Of a stretch of DNA of 64,000 nt, positions 48,574-61,300 are shown in pieces. The stretch is taken from positions 2,582,539-2,646,538 of the forward strand of contig MU004233.1 in the NCBI GenBank assembly GCA_010405405.1. Reading direction: 5' to 3'. The notes beneath the pieces are model-generated. The model was not told where the DNA came from. It did not search any database and saw only the letters and a program-made list of their open reading frames with translations. The position numbers and the translations under genes are program-made. This DNA is from Microthyrium microscopicum. Lineage: Eukaryota. The number at the start of each line of letters is the position of its first letter. Positions within the stretch are counted from its first letter, which is position 1.

Positions 48574-51500
48574 TTGTTTGCTGCGAGCCTGCCAGAAGCA
48601 TGGATGGCGGCCATGGACCTCGATCCTGAGAACTTTCCGCTGGGCTCTCCATTCGAGTATCATCAACAACCTACTCCTACTACATCACATTCGAGAACTC
48701 GGAGCAATTCCTCTAATCATGCCCTCTTTTCTGCTCCTCCACACCAGCCAAACTCGTCTCTTGACGTAGATTTGAATGACCCCGATGCCTTCTACCGTCC
48801 ATACTCCGGCCAGAGTACAAACCTCCCCGACATCTTCATTCAGTCTGAAGACCAACAAGTCATGCCTCCTAAACGAAAACCCCCGATCGTAAACGGTACC
48901 ACTTCGAAACCCGCCTCCAACCCTCCTACTCTCCCTCGAACCACGTACCGTTCCGCTTCTGGACCCGCAGCGTCAGTCCGCACACAAAAAGATAATGCCA
49001 TCTCAACTGGTTTGGGTATCAAGGAACGGATGAAATTGTTGGAACAAAAGGCACATAGTGGTGCATCGCGTCCTGCTTCTTCGTCTAAACCACCATCTTC
49101 AAGATCGCCAAGAACATTGTCAAAAGACCGCGCACCACTAAGAAATGGGCCAACATATTCCTCTCCCAGAAAAAGAGAAAGAACGGGGTCGGCAAAGCAA
49201 CCTTTATTTGGTGAGGTTGTTGACGAGGATTCAGGGGCGGGATATGGAATACCTACGTTGAACAAGGCGCGTTCAAATCTGGAAACTAGTCTATCACAGT
49301 CAGCAGGATCTTCAAGATCTCCGAGTTTGTCTTTTCCTGCGTTCGACTCACATCGATCTAGAAACTCACCATCTCCAGGCTCGTCTCATAACCGATCCAG
49401 TAGCGATGGAACGGAAATTGAAGTGGATGGCACATCAGCTACACCGTCTCCTCCCCCTTCTCGAATACCGGTCCCACGCAGTCGACGCGCATCTGATCTG
49501 GGCCCACACGGACAATCTTTACGATCTCCAGCAGCTAACCATGCATCACCTCGATCTGACCGAACACCACGAGCCAGAACGCCTGTCACACTTACATCAC
49601 ATCGCTATAGCCCCAAACGGAGAGTTGAAGCAAACCAGACCCTGACCGCAGTTATCAAGGAACCTATGCCCAAACTCTCTCCTCCCCTTCGAAGTTCTAG
49701 AACGCGACAGTCTGCAACAACCACCTCAACCGCAGCTTCGAGAGCCCGAATGAACGACCGCTTTACAAAAACGGCCACAATAGACAAATCTGTATCACGC
49801 AACGCGCCAAAAGATTTTGTCCGCGTTGATATTACTTCAAGACGAGAGCAGGTGTCTAATAAGCTTAGCAAAACCTACCTGGATCGGCCTAAGATCGACA
49901 CCAGCAAGAGTATGACCAGTGACCCAAGTCCCGAATCACCCAGCTTTCCTGGTGCATTTCCACCTTCGCCAACACTTTCGGAGGAGGATGCAAATGCCGG
50001 AGCATCATATGATGACTATCATCAAGATGAACAACCACATCTGTCAAAAGAGCAAGAGCATATAGAATCGGCTGCGAACGTACCTATAGCTACAAACCAG
50101 GTTTCCTCGCCCCACAAAACCGTGTCACAAGAACCACCGGAAATTCGAACTTCTATGGAGGGTCCTAAGATCAACGGCACGCTCTTTTCCCAAGTCTTGA
50201 CAATGCGGGATGACAGTCCAGTATCTCCCGAGACTAAACTTCCTGACGATCTCCTTTCAGAAAAGGATGATGGCGAGACTGTTCACTTTGTGATGCATGA
50301 TACCCCACAGCTTCCACATGAAAACTTTGTGGCTCCAGAACAGTCGCCAATTCCAGAACTGCCGGAGGACGATTTTGATTTTCCCGGTGGGCGCCACTCT
50401 ATCTACCCGGACGATTCGATCAGCGTTGTAGGTCAGCAGCGAATGCGATCACAGCAAGAAACCATTCCACCGGTCCCAGAACTCCCAAAACTCAACACAG
50501 AAAATCTTCGCACAATCGATAGTGCTGCTAGAAGCGAGATCAACCGTGTTTTGGAGCAGTATCAAAAAGGCAACGTTACACCTGAAATGGTTCAAGAGTT
50601 TAGAGAACAAGTTGAACAATTGACGCCTAACATGGCACAACATGTCAATTGGGACTCTCCTCATGCTACGACCGAGTTTTTTCAAAAGGTCCTGGGCGAG
50701 GATGAATCAGGTCGACCACTTTCTTCAACGGCGTCACGTAGTGGTCGCGGTCAAAAAGGTAGTCGACCCGTAAGCATTAAGAATGACCTTCGAGATGATC
50801 ATGAATACCGAGGCACTGCAATCATTTTCACTAATGATAGGTAAGTAACTATCAATGCTTCTTCACTCACGCTCGCGTTTGCAATATTACAAATGCAGAT
50901 CCCATGCTGACCAAAGTACTATCACAGCGCGACTTCAGGTGTTACGTCCTCAAATGCTACTACACGCCCAGCTACAGCAGACAAGACTATATTCATACCT
51001 CACGTTCATGACGATAGATTTTCCAACGATTTTCCCCTTCCCTCGCCGTTGGCTAGATCTTTCTCTATAAACCATCCCGTCGAACCCTCTCAAGGTCTAC
51101 GTCTCACGATAGACAATAATTTACCTTCCCGTAACTCTACCTCCATTTCACCTGTCGCTCCAGAGCACCCTCCTCCACCGCCACCACCTGTGCCACGGCC
51201 TGAACTCACCAAGATTGAGACAGAGCCACTCATCAGAAAACAAACTTGGGGATTGCCACCATCTCCAGCCCCGAGAGGCCGGCTGCGCCAAGGAACGATG
51301 GAAACAGAAGCAAGCACAAATCGTGATAGTCGGGCGTCAAGACCATCAATTGGTACTTCTTCGCCAGCTCCACGACAATCCTCCGATGCGGATGCTCCCG
51401 AACAAGTTACCAAAGCTGATCAGGATTTGAAAACGAGATGGAACATCTTAAAAGAGCTGGTGGATACGGAGCATAAATATTACTACGACATGACAATTCT

Positions 51501-53997
51501 TGTTGATATATTTATGGCAACGGTACCGTCGGTTTCTAGCCTTAACCCCGATGATCGCCGTATCATCTTTGGCAATGCTGAAAAGGTTCGAGAGATTTCG
51601 TCTAGGTTCTTGGAAGCCTTGAAGAAGGCAGTTCATGCAGTTTATCAAATCCCTCAGGAAAATCGCTTCCACATGAAACGGACGAGTACAGAGACATCCA
51701 ACACTCGGGAATCATATCTCACTAATTCAACTGCTGGTTCTATGCCAAATAAGGATATCCATTCGATACAAGACAGGAAGACCAATGTGGGTCACTTGTT
51801 TTTGCAATTTGCCGAAGACATGCACAAGGTTTATCGAACATACATGATCAACCATCCAAGCTCCAACAAGAAGCTTATTGCCTTCAAGAACGATCCACAA
51901 GTCGCACTTTGGTTGGAAGAATGCGTACTCACGTCCAAGGACATTACCGACGTGTGGAGTTTGGATTCTATGACTATAAAACCTACCCAGCGATATCTCA
52001 AGTATCACCTACTGCTGAAACAACTTATCGACCACACCCCTCCAGACCATCCAGACTACGAAGACCTCACTAAATCCTTCGAGCTATATACCAAAAACTC
52101 GGAGAATATCAACGCTGAAGCAAAAAAGCGAGAGTTTACAGAAGGAATGCTGCAGAAGCATCACCAGAAAGACTCTACTCGGGGTTTCAACATCAAGAAG
52201 CTCATGAAATCAAGAAACACAGGCCCCGGTCAGCCACAGCAACGGCATAATTCTTCCAGTGGCGGCGGTGCATATACACCTCAGTTTTCGGCCGATGATG
52301 ACAGCTACGAAGCTATCCGGCAAAAATTTGGTGGCCATTTCTTCCAGCTTCAGATTGTGATGCGGGACTTTGAGAAATATCTTGAAGACGCAGACATCCA
52401 TCTTCAGCGTATATTGAGATGGTCTGTTAGTGTCCAAGCCAGTTACCGCTGTGATCCTACATCCCGTTTCACAGAAGTCGAGAGTCGCATTCATGAATTC
52501 TCCGAGCTAGTAACGTCCATCAAAACGCACGCATTTCCAGAGCATAGCGCCGCTGTTCAGAAATATGTTATTGATCCTGTTAGAAAGTTGTGGAAATTGC
52601 ACGACAATCCGCAACATCTAATGGGTAGGCATAGAAAGCTCAAAACATCTTTTACACGATACCAGGCTCTGAAAGACAAGAAGGACAAGGTCAATGAGAA
52701 ACTACAAGAAGACGCAGAGAACTGGATGACCATCAACGATGTACTTACATCAGAGCTCCCAGAGCTTTATCGACTGACGAAAGAAACTGTCCATGCTTGT
52801 TTGAAGAACTTTCTGGAAATCCAATGCCGGTGGGAATCAATGTGGATTGAAAAGCTCAAACAGTTTGTTGGCGACTACGATGCCACCCTCTTCTTTGAGA
52901 GTGACATGGGTCTGTTCTTCAACGCCATCATCAAAGAGTATCGACAAGATGCGGAAGAAGTCAAAACCCATCTGCTCACCATGCAATTCTGTCAACCTAA
53001 TGGACCCGACTTCGAGAATCTATCTCTTCATGGAAGATTTCCTCCACCAGAAGGATATGACAGCTCGCCTAGTTCATCAACGCATCGGCCTTCATACTCG
53101 AGTACCAAGCGAACTGGAACCGGTCTTACTGTACAGTCTGTTCGTGGGTCGGTTGAGCACGCTGCTAGAAGCACGCCTAACCTCAACCTCGGTACTCCTC
53201 AAACTGGCGATACATCTTTGCATCGCCTCAGCGATCATCAGCCTGGATTTGCTCTTAGCCCCAATTTTGGCAATGAGTATCCCGGATTGTACTCGGCACC
53301 TACTAGCGGTGGGCCAACTACACCGGTACATGCTGCTAGTCATCGGACTCCTCATATGCATGACCAACCGTCATCTTCGCATCCACATGGCCGTCCGCAA
53401 TACCACCAAGACTGGTCTGAAACGCCTGCAGAAATTCACATTCCGCCAGGCTTCAATGAACATGAACAGCGTCGCGCTCATTATGGCCGAGAACCATCTC
53501 GAGGGCCCACCACATCTGGTCGCCACCATACCCGCCAGAACTCCTCCGTCAACAACTTTACACCAGCCGTGGTATCAACAACGTTACGGGACCACAATCC
53601 CGATGGCCGATACAGTGGTATCTTCCAATCTGCTCTTCCGGCTGACATTAACGATGATGACCAGGCTTTCCACCTGCAGAGCCGCCCGTCTCTGGACTAT
53701 GATGTAGCTGAAGCGCACGACTACCAACGGCACTCTCGTTCCATGCGCGAAGACCCCGTCGATCGTCCAGGCTCGCCTCGAGTGCTTTTCGTAGTTGCCT
53801 CGTTGTTTGAGTTCCACATTGACAGTAATCGTCGCGAAGCAGGTTTCCCGTATCTCAAGTACGTTGCTGGCGAAGTGTTTGATATTGTCGGACAGAAAGG
53901 CGAACTTTGGCTTGCGAGAAACCAGGACGATTCAAATGGCACGCTTGGATGGATCTGGGAAAAGCATTTTGCGCTGCTGCCGAATGATGGCAACTAA
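48574..53997 (+). CDS. Large RhoGEF (DH) + BAR-like + SH3-like protein (dynamin-binding protein/Gef1-like); intron 50841-50927; true ATG probably ~48604
   Basis: DH: RWNILKELVDTEHKY, IIFGN, SLDSMTIKPTQRYLKYHLLLKQL. BAR-like FGGHFFQLQIVMRD...ELPELY. C-terminal VVASLFEF...GFPYLKYVAGEVFDIVGQKGELWLA...GWIWEKHF. Confidence 0.9.
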
Positions 53998-54848
53998 TTG
54001 TTCTAGGTTCTAGATTCTTCACTCTCTTGTCATACATACTGCATTATACACCCTCTTGGACAGTTTTTCAGATCCAGCGAATATGCTTTCACAACGCCAT
54101 GGCATATCCCATGCAGGCCAGTGGTTGTCGCGGCAACCTTTTTCACGTCTTTGTCAACAGCCTGTTTTTTTTCTCAGTAACTCAAATACACACACCTTTT
54201 TTTATCTTCTGAAACGACATATACGTCTACATACCTTCTTGTTTCGCATACCATTCCCAAAGGTACGTTTTTTTCTTCGTTTCCTCTGCTCATGCATCGG
54301 CGTTTTGTGTGGGTCGATCACCTCTGTATCTTGTGCTCTGCGTGAAACTGGGCTTTGACTTGGCTGCTGCATTGGATGATCATGCTTGCGATACAAAAAC
54401 CTCTTTTCCTCCTTTGTGCTTATGGTGTTCGTTGTGCGTTTGTGCGTATGGTGAATGTAACAAAATACCCGATGCTTTTGTTTTTGTTTTGCGATTATTT
54501 GTACATTGTATACTTTTTGCGAAGCGTCTTTAGCATTTGCTGGTTGGGTTGGATTCGCCGGGTACTTAGATGGGTGATTGTTGATGGGGAAGTAGGGTAG
54601 ATAGATGTAGGCGGTGAATTAGGAATGGAGATATTATGGCATTCTTATATGTTGATGTGGTAGGTGCTTTACTGCGGTTTCTACTACCTATGTATGGCGT
54701 GGTGCCAGGTCTGGTAGCTGACGCATGTGTATATCCATCTCCCTTTGATATACATTCATGATCTCTACCGCTTAGTCCATGAACAACCTCGCTGTGTGGT
54801 CTCAAACGGCTCTGATTTTCTTTGTCATTCGCAGATTTCGCCCCAAAC

Positions 54849-55278
54849 TCAGTGCTTGATCTCAATCTCCTCATATACACTCCCAGCCGAAACAGCACCC
54901 TCTCGCTCTGCATGTCCTTCCTTGCCACCAACTGCATCTTCTCGCACTGTCTCCGTCTCTGTTGCGTAGCGCACTGGTTCTGGATCTTCGTCTGAGGCTG
55001 CTGCTTGCGCTGAGGCGTGGGCTCGTCGTTTGGCATACATCCTAGTTTTCGATCAGATTGGGTAGTTGGTAAGGTGGGGAGAAAACAGCTTACCGATATA
55101 CAACCCAGACTAGTATACTAACTAAAATCAACACCATGATTACGATGATGGCTGGGAGGACTATGCGTGTGAATGTATCGTTGCGTTTTGGATTGTTAGA
55201 TGGGGAGGGATTGGATGTGTTTGTGGTGGAGGTTCGTGTGCCTGTCATGAATGTTGTGTGTGGGCGTGTATCTTCCAT
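54849..55278 (-). CDS. Small single-pass membrane protein; intron ~55042-55093
   Basis: Thr/Ser-rich N-terminus, TM IVLPAIIVIMVLILVSILVWVV, gtaagc donor and ctag acceptor, then basic AKRR and an acidic tail. Confidence 0.6.
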
Positions 55279-56319
55279 TTTGGTCGATTATTTTGATGCT
55301 GGTGGTGGTGTTAATGGAGGAATTGATACAGCTGTGGCTGGGGGAGACAATGTGACGATATGGTTCAGTAGTCACTGAGCAAGAGAGAAGACCAAAGGGT
55401 TCAAGTAGCCCATTAATCAGTTCTATTGAAGTCTATGTACAATATTACAAAGTCCAGCCATTATCTTTTTATAATATACACGGCCACAAGGGCAGAGGGC
55501 TACGGTGTATTGTGGAAAAGTTAGTTGTTGTCAAGACCTACGATTGTGGTGCTCGCGTGCGGCAACAAGTACCTCTGAGGACCCATTGGATGGATAGAGG
55601 TATATAACGTGCAGTTAGTTGTAGTTGGAGGTGTGTTATGTTGTGGATTGATGAGGTGGTGTTGCGGGCTACAATTTCGAGAGCGGCTTGTGGTTTGTGG
55701 TGCCAAAGGCTAAGTCAGGGCTTGGGGAGGTCAGGATGTGTGTTGTGATGAACTTTTTGCTCAGAGTCTGAGCAATCCGCGAGGGGTTTGAGTAGGTACT
55801 TATTGTGAAGGTTGTTTGGTTATTGTCATGAGGCTTGATCGTATGTTTCTGAAAAGAAAGGGAGGTTTAACGGGACGGGTTGACATGGTATGAAGATCCT
55901 ATTTCGTTTCTATAATTTACGAATTATAGGTTGAGCCATTGTAGTATATCTTAGGAGACTTACTATACGCTGGGAGATGTGGTTCTTGCTATATGAATTA
56001 GTGCAATCTTGATATCTTTCCCAGATTTACTTTCCAGTCTAAGTTGTAATTGTTTGTTTGTTCTTCCTCCACAGACACTGAAGGCCGGGGTGGCCTATAA
56101 TTAGCACAAGCTCTGTCTGTGACTCATATTGAATCCTTCTTCCTTGCTTGTATCAGGGTCTAGAGATGAATCGGGATCTAGTGTTTGTAGGAACCGCCTT
56201 CTTTACACAAGCGTAGGTGGTTCAGTAAGTTTGTGGTTTCTGCGTTCTATTTTTCAAGGCTTCAGCCTTTCTGAGCAAGCCCTACTCTACGCTAATAATA
56301 ACTTTACAAAGCTTCTATC

Positions 56320-57133
56320 ATGGATAAAGTCATCTTAACTCCACGCTTGGAGCTCATCCTACAACAGTCAATAGATATTGAAAGCGATGAGGTGAAAGAT
56401 TACCACTTACTTCGCTGCGATCCAGGCGCAACTTCATGGAGGTGAGTACATCCTGTCCTTATGCGATGGAACATGTGTAAACTTATCGACTTTTCCCGTA
56501 CTCGGCTAATCAATGCCATCATTTAGTTTTGGAGGCGTAGCTAAAGACATTCAAGAATCTCAGCAAGTCCTCATCAAAAATCACTTCCCAATCAAAGACC
56601 ACGACAACGACGTCCGCCAGTACCGCGCATCATACAACGTCTATCTACGCGGTGATACGACCACCAAGGCTCCACAAGGCCGCGATTCATCACGCTTCAT
56701 CGGTAGGGTCGGAGCTCTTGAAGGCCGCGTCTATGGCCCACCATTCTCACCCGACCTCGTCATTCCAGACGATATCCTGGCAAATGAGAAGGCCCTCAAG
56801 CTTGAGGTAGGTTATTCTTTTCTAGAAAAATCTTGGGGTCACGGATACGCATCAGAGGCATTGAAGGCATTGATGGCAGCATATCAGAATGCCAACTCGC
56901 TCTGGAATCCACCGTATGAGAAGGTGTACTTTATGGGTATCCTTGGGCCAGCGAATGTTCGCTCTTCGAGAGTTCTGGAGAAGGTTGGATTCAGACTCAA
57001 AGGGATTCATAGCTGGGATGGACCAAAGCATTTTCTTGGTGGTGCGATGCAGCCGAATGAGGTTGCTGTGTACTCCTTGGATCCGTCTTTGGGCAAACGT
57101 GAAGAATCACAAGCCGGTGATGAGCGAGTGTAA
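56320..57133 (+). CDS. GNAT-family (RimJ/RimL-like) N-acetyltransferase; intron ~56442-56526
   Basis: ILTPRLEL N-terminus, EVGYSFLEKSWGHGYASEAL (acetyl-CoA motif A), NVRSSRVLEKVGF. Confidence 0.9.
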
Positions 57134-57473
57134 CATTGATGGTGTTACCGGTCATATCTTTCCTAATACTAGATTTTCGTTTTGCGTTCGGGAGGAGAAT
57201 GACTTGTCATTGAGATATTACCTGGACAATGAAATCGATCAATATCTCCCTAATTCCGATAAGAATACGGAACAAAGGACTTATGGTAGTACTATTCGTG
57301 ATTGACCGGTCGGACTATGTCCTGAAGTACAGCTATTGGGTCACCCTCTTTAAGGCAACAATTTGCTTCGAAGCACCAATCCACCTCCATGAGCTTATGT
57401 AGTACTGCGCCATCTCATCCTCGCTCCCGAACATACAAGAGTTGGGAACCAATTTGCAGTGCTGGCAGGCTTA

Positions 57474-57482
57474 TCAGCCTGA
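57474..57482. promoter_or_regulatory. TCAGCCTGA palindrome with no obvious target gene
   Basis: Exact match between the GNAT 3' end and ECM29. Confidence 0.35.
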
Positions 57483-58397
57483 GTCGTTTTGCGCCCTCAT
57501 GCTCATGACGGGCATGAAGTCATCGGAGGGTCCTATGCATACACCAGGTCTCCAGTTGTGGCGAGGCATTGCTTGATCCTCTACCGTCAGATTGGCTGTT
57601 CGTGCATTCTAGGCAAGTTCGCCCTTCAAAACAACTTTCCGTCACCAACAAACGGGTCGAGTCACGCTTTTTGGTTGAGAGTAAAATGAAAGCGTTTGCG
57701 GGTGGACTATGCTGATCCATCGCGAGATCCGCAGCTTGATAGGAAGGGAAAATTCTACAAATGACCCGACGAGAACTCTCTACTGGGGAGCATGATGTGC
57801 GGTTTAGTGTGTTTCATCTCATCTGAAAGTGGTGTGCTTCACTTCCTTTGATATCTCTAACCGCTTGAAGTCTGTACTGCTGACGAGCCTCTGGATCTGG
57901 GGTATAATTTAGCAGCTTCTTGTATCCTGAATTCGCATCTGACAATGGAATAGAGCATTTATTCCAGGTAGAGCACTCGACCTGGTTTTTCTGAGGTGAG
58001 AAGAATGAGAGTTCGCAGCATGGAGTTGCAGTGGACGCGTTAGTGGTTGTACCTGAACTAGGCCGTAATAGGTATCCATCAGTGGCGTAACAACGTCCAT
58101 CCTGATGGTTACGACTACTCCAGTGCCTGATACTACACATTCACCATTATGGACACTTTTGGAAGATCATGGATCCTATAAACTAAGTGCGCCTCACAAC
58201 TCTCACAGAGATCCAAATGCTGCCAGGCCTCAACCACATCTGCACTCCACCAGCCTCTTCCTGAAATCTCACAGGCTTTTATACGTATTGAAGGGACTGT
58301 ACTCTATCTTCTGGTCGCTCCGGATGTTCCAGTTTTGATCACGACTCTCTTCTCATCGCGATCTAGTTCGGCTGTGGTGCTTGGCGTCGTGCTGACG

Positions 58398-61300
58398 ATG
58401 TCTTCCACCGATGCCGTCCCCAGTGAGGCTCGCGAAGTGGCGTTGGTTGAAAAGCTGGAAATGAGAATTGCGCTGGCTCAGGATGACAAAAAGCTACAAG
58501 CAATTCTACTGACATTTCTCCCACCATTACTGCTCAAGCTGGATTCGCCTCATTTGGCAGTCCGGAATAAAACCATATCGGTCTGTCAACACATCACCTT
58601 GCGACTTGAATCGCCTTCAGTTCAACTACCTGCTGCTGCGCTCATAAATCAGCTCAAGCAAGATGGACATACACCTTTATTTCGCCACTTCAACACCAAA
58701 TATGCTCGGCTCGGAATCGCCCGGCTACCAGATCAACCGTCCAAAGATCAAGTCCTTCAGGATGCCATATTAAGAGACATTTCGAAGCATTTGTTGCCGC
58801 CATCAGCGACTGGCGCATATCTTCTTCATTTCTTCTTCTGCGTTCTCAAAGATTACAAGTTACCAAAGCGAGGTGACCTGAAAGGCGAGACTCTTCGTGA
58901 GTTTCTCAAACTGTCTGCCGCAGACTGCGACGCCCTCTCATTCTGGTTTGGAAAGATCTTTTTAGCACCCACAAAAAACATTGCCCCAACCAACGCGCCC
59001 ACTGCAGTAGAACAGTCTGTAGATGAGCCAGGGCACCAAAGCACAATAGGGAATAGTGTGAACCGAATACCAGGTCTATCGAAAGAGGATTTGGACCTAA
59101 TACGCCTGTCTGAATTTCCGGATGCATGGAAATCCGATTCTGCTTTAGGACTCAATTTTGGCAAGACGAAGACTCTAATATGCGAATTTGCCGAGACAGA
59201 TGCATTTGAAGACAAGGACCGACTGTGGCCTTTTCTCTGCGCCATATCGGATACCAATCCAGCTGGTGTGGCTGATCGAGGGAAGCTTTACACCAAACTC
59301 GCCTCAGGCATAGATATGGAAGATTCCACTCTGGTGAAGCGACTTTATACAACTTACCTAGGAGTAGATGATGGCCCAGAAAAAACTACACCACCAGCAC
59401 CCCTTACATTGAGAACACGAATTCTCACATTATTAGCTCGCTCAGATTACAGCGCCAACTTGTACCCAGAACTCCTCGATGCCGTACTCTTGGAGGGCCT
59501 CGTTGACAGTTCTGCTGGTTTGGCTGCAGAGCGCTTCAATATCTCCTTTATCAATTTTGTCATACATGTCTTTAGGCTGTCCGATCGCGCTTCCGTGGGC
59601 TCCATGGGTAGCTCACTTGCGCTCAAGATGAAAGACTTTCTCAACGACGTTCAAGGCTGGCCCAAACCGGACCCTGGTATCGATTTACAGCTTCGTGGAA
59701 AAGTCTACCGACTGATCGGCCTGGCATGTAATGAAGGACGAGTAACAGATCTCGGCCTACTCGAATTTCTTCTGCAATCGTTGAGTGAGGATACGTCAGG
59801 CAAAGAAACGCTGCTTTACGTAGAGGAGGCACTATCGTCCATGACACTGGCTTTGTCACGTTCTCCATTGAATGAAAACGAGCAATTCGGCCTCGAGGAT
59901 ATCCTGCTTAGATTTCTTAAATCTGCCCAGCAGCACAAGAGTCTTATCTTTGTCCTTGCTAGACTAGCAAATCGCTGCCTTCCATTCAGCAATGTTGTCG
60001 CTCGAAGTATTGACATCAATGCTATGGGAGGTCCACACAAGACCTTTGAAGGCGCAGAAGAAGGCAGAAAAGGCTTGGATCCACTCTGGTTCAAAACGAC
60101 CAATCTACATCGGCCAGATCTTTGGTCCAATTCGGACAATGATTCAATGAAGTTGGACGAAGTCGAATTGCTAGAGTACAGCTTTCCTCGATTCCTACCT
60201 CTCATGAGGGAGTTCTTCCCTGGCCTTAAAGAATCAAGTTCTTCTGTTCAATTGAAGTATGAAGTCCAAGAAAGAGCACGAAAAGTACCTTCTTCGTTTG
60301 CGATGATGATCAAGTTTGCATTCAGAATATTAGTGGCGCAATCCACAGGTGCGCAGAAAGTGGCCACCCTGACGGAGAATTGGGATCGCGAAATGGATAT
60401 GCTTTTGACGAAAAATGCAAGCAAGCGCAAGCTTCTATATAGCTCGCTACTGTAAGTTCCACCAGGTTCTAATGTATGCAGCTGCTAATCGTGCTAGGCA
60501 CGCTGATAATGCCGACCCTCTATTTACTGGACTCGACACTTTGATGCTGGGGTCTTTACAGGCATTCAGCATGCACAGCTCAAGTGACGTTCTGGATTGT
60601 CAGGATATCTTCGTTCAGCTGCTTTCGGTATCACCGAAGCCATACAGAAAAAGGCTGGTACAATATCTCGACTTTGACAGCATATTGACAGCCCTCAAAT
60701 CGTCAGATCGAACGACGAGAGAATTGGCAGCTCGTGCATTCGGTATACTATTTTCTGAACGTTGGTCGAGCAAAGAGTCAGAAAGCAACATCAAAACACT
60801 GTCTGGATTAATACAGGACGCCAAGAATTGGCAATCATCTTCTGGAATTGAAATCCAGGCTGCTTGTGGGGCAATCATGGCTTTGACTCAAGCATTTGTT
60901 CGATTGACGGCCACCGAACTCTCCGATTCGGTGTCTGCGATGCTGCAGGATCTCAACCGTATAGCTTGTCAAGTGGCCTCGTCCGCCAAAAACAAGGACC
61001 TTATAGAGGCTTCGTTATCCACGATCGGTCAATTTGGCATCTGGCTCACTTATGGTCACAAGCTCTCCTTCCCGGTGCCGGGTGTGCTTGACGCAGACAA
61101 AGAATTGACGAAAGACGATCTCGTAAGCAAGCTCGCCAAACAAGCAGAAGAAGGGAATGAGAGAGCAGCTGTAGCTTTGGGTCGTTTCTCTGTCTGGCTC
61201 GAAGAGGAGTCTGATAAAAATCTTCTTATGAAGATTTACAAATCTCTGTACGAATGCCATTCGATTCGACAGTCTGAGACCCATTTTGCCGTTGGAGAAG

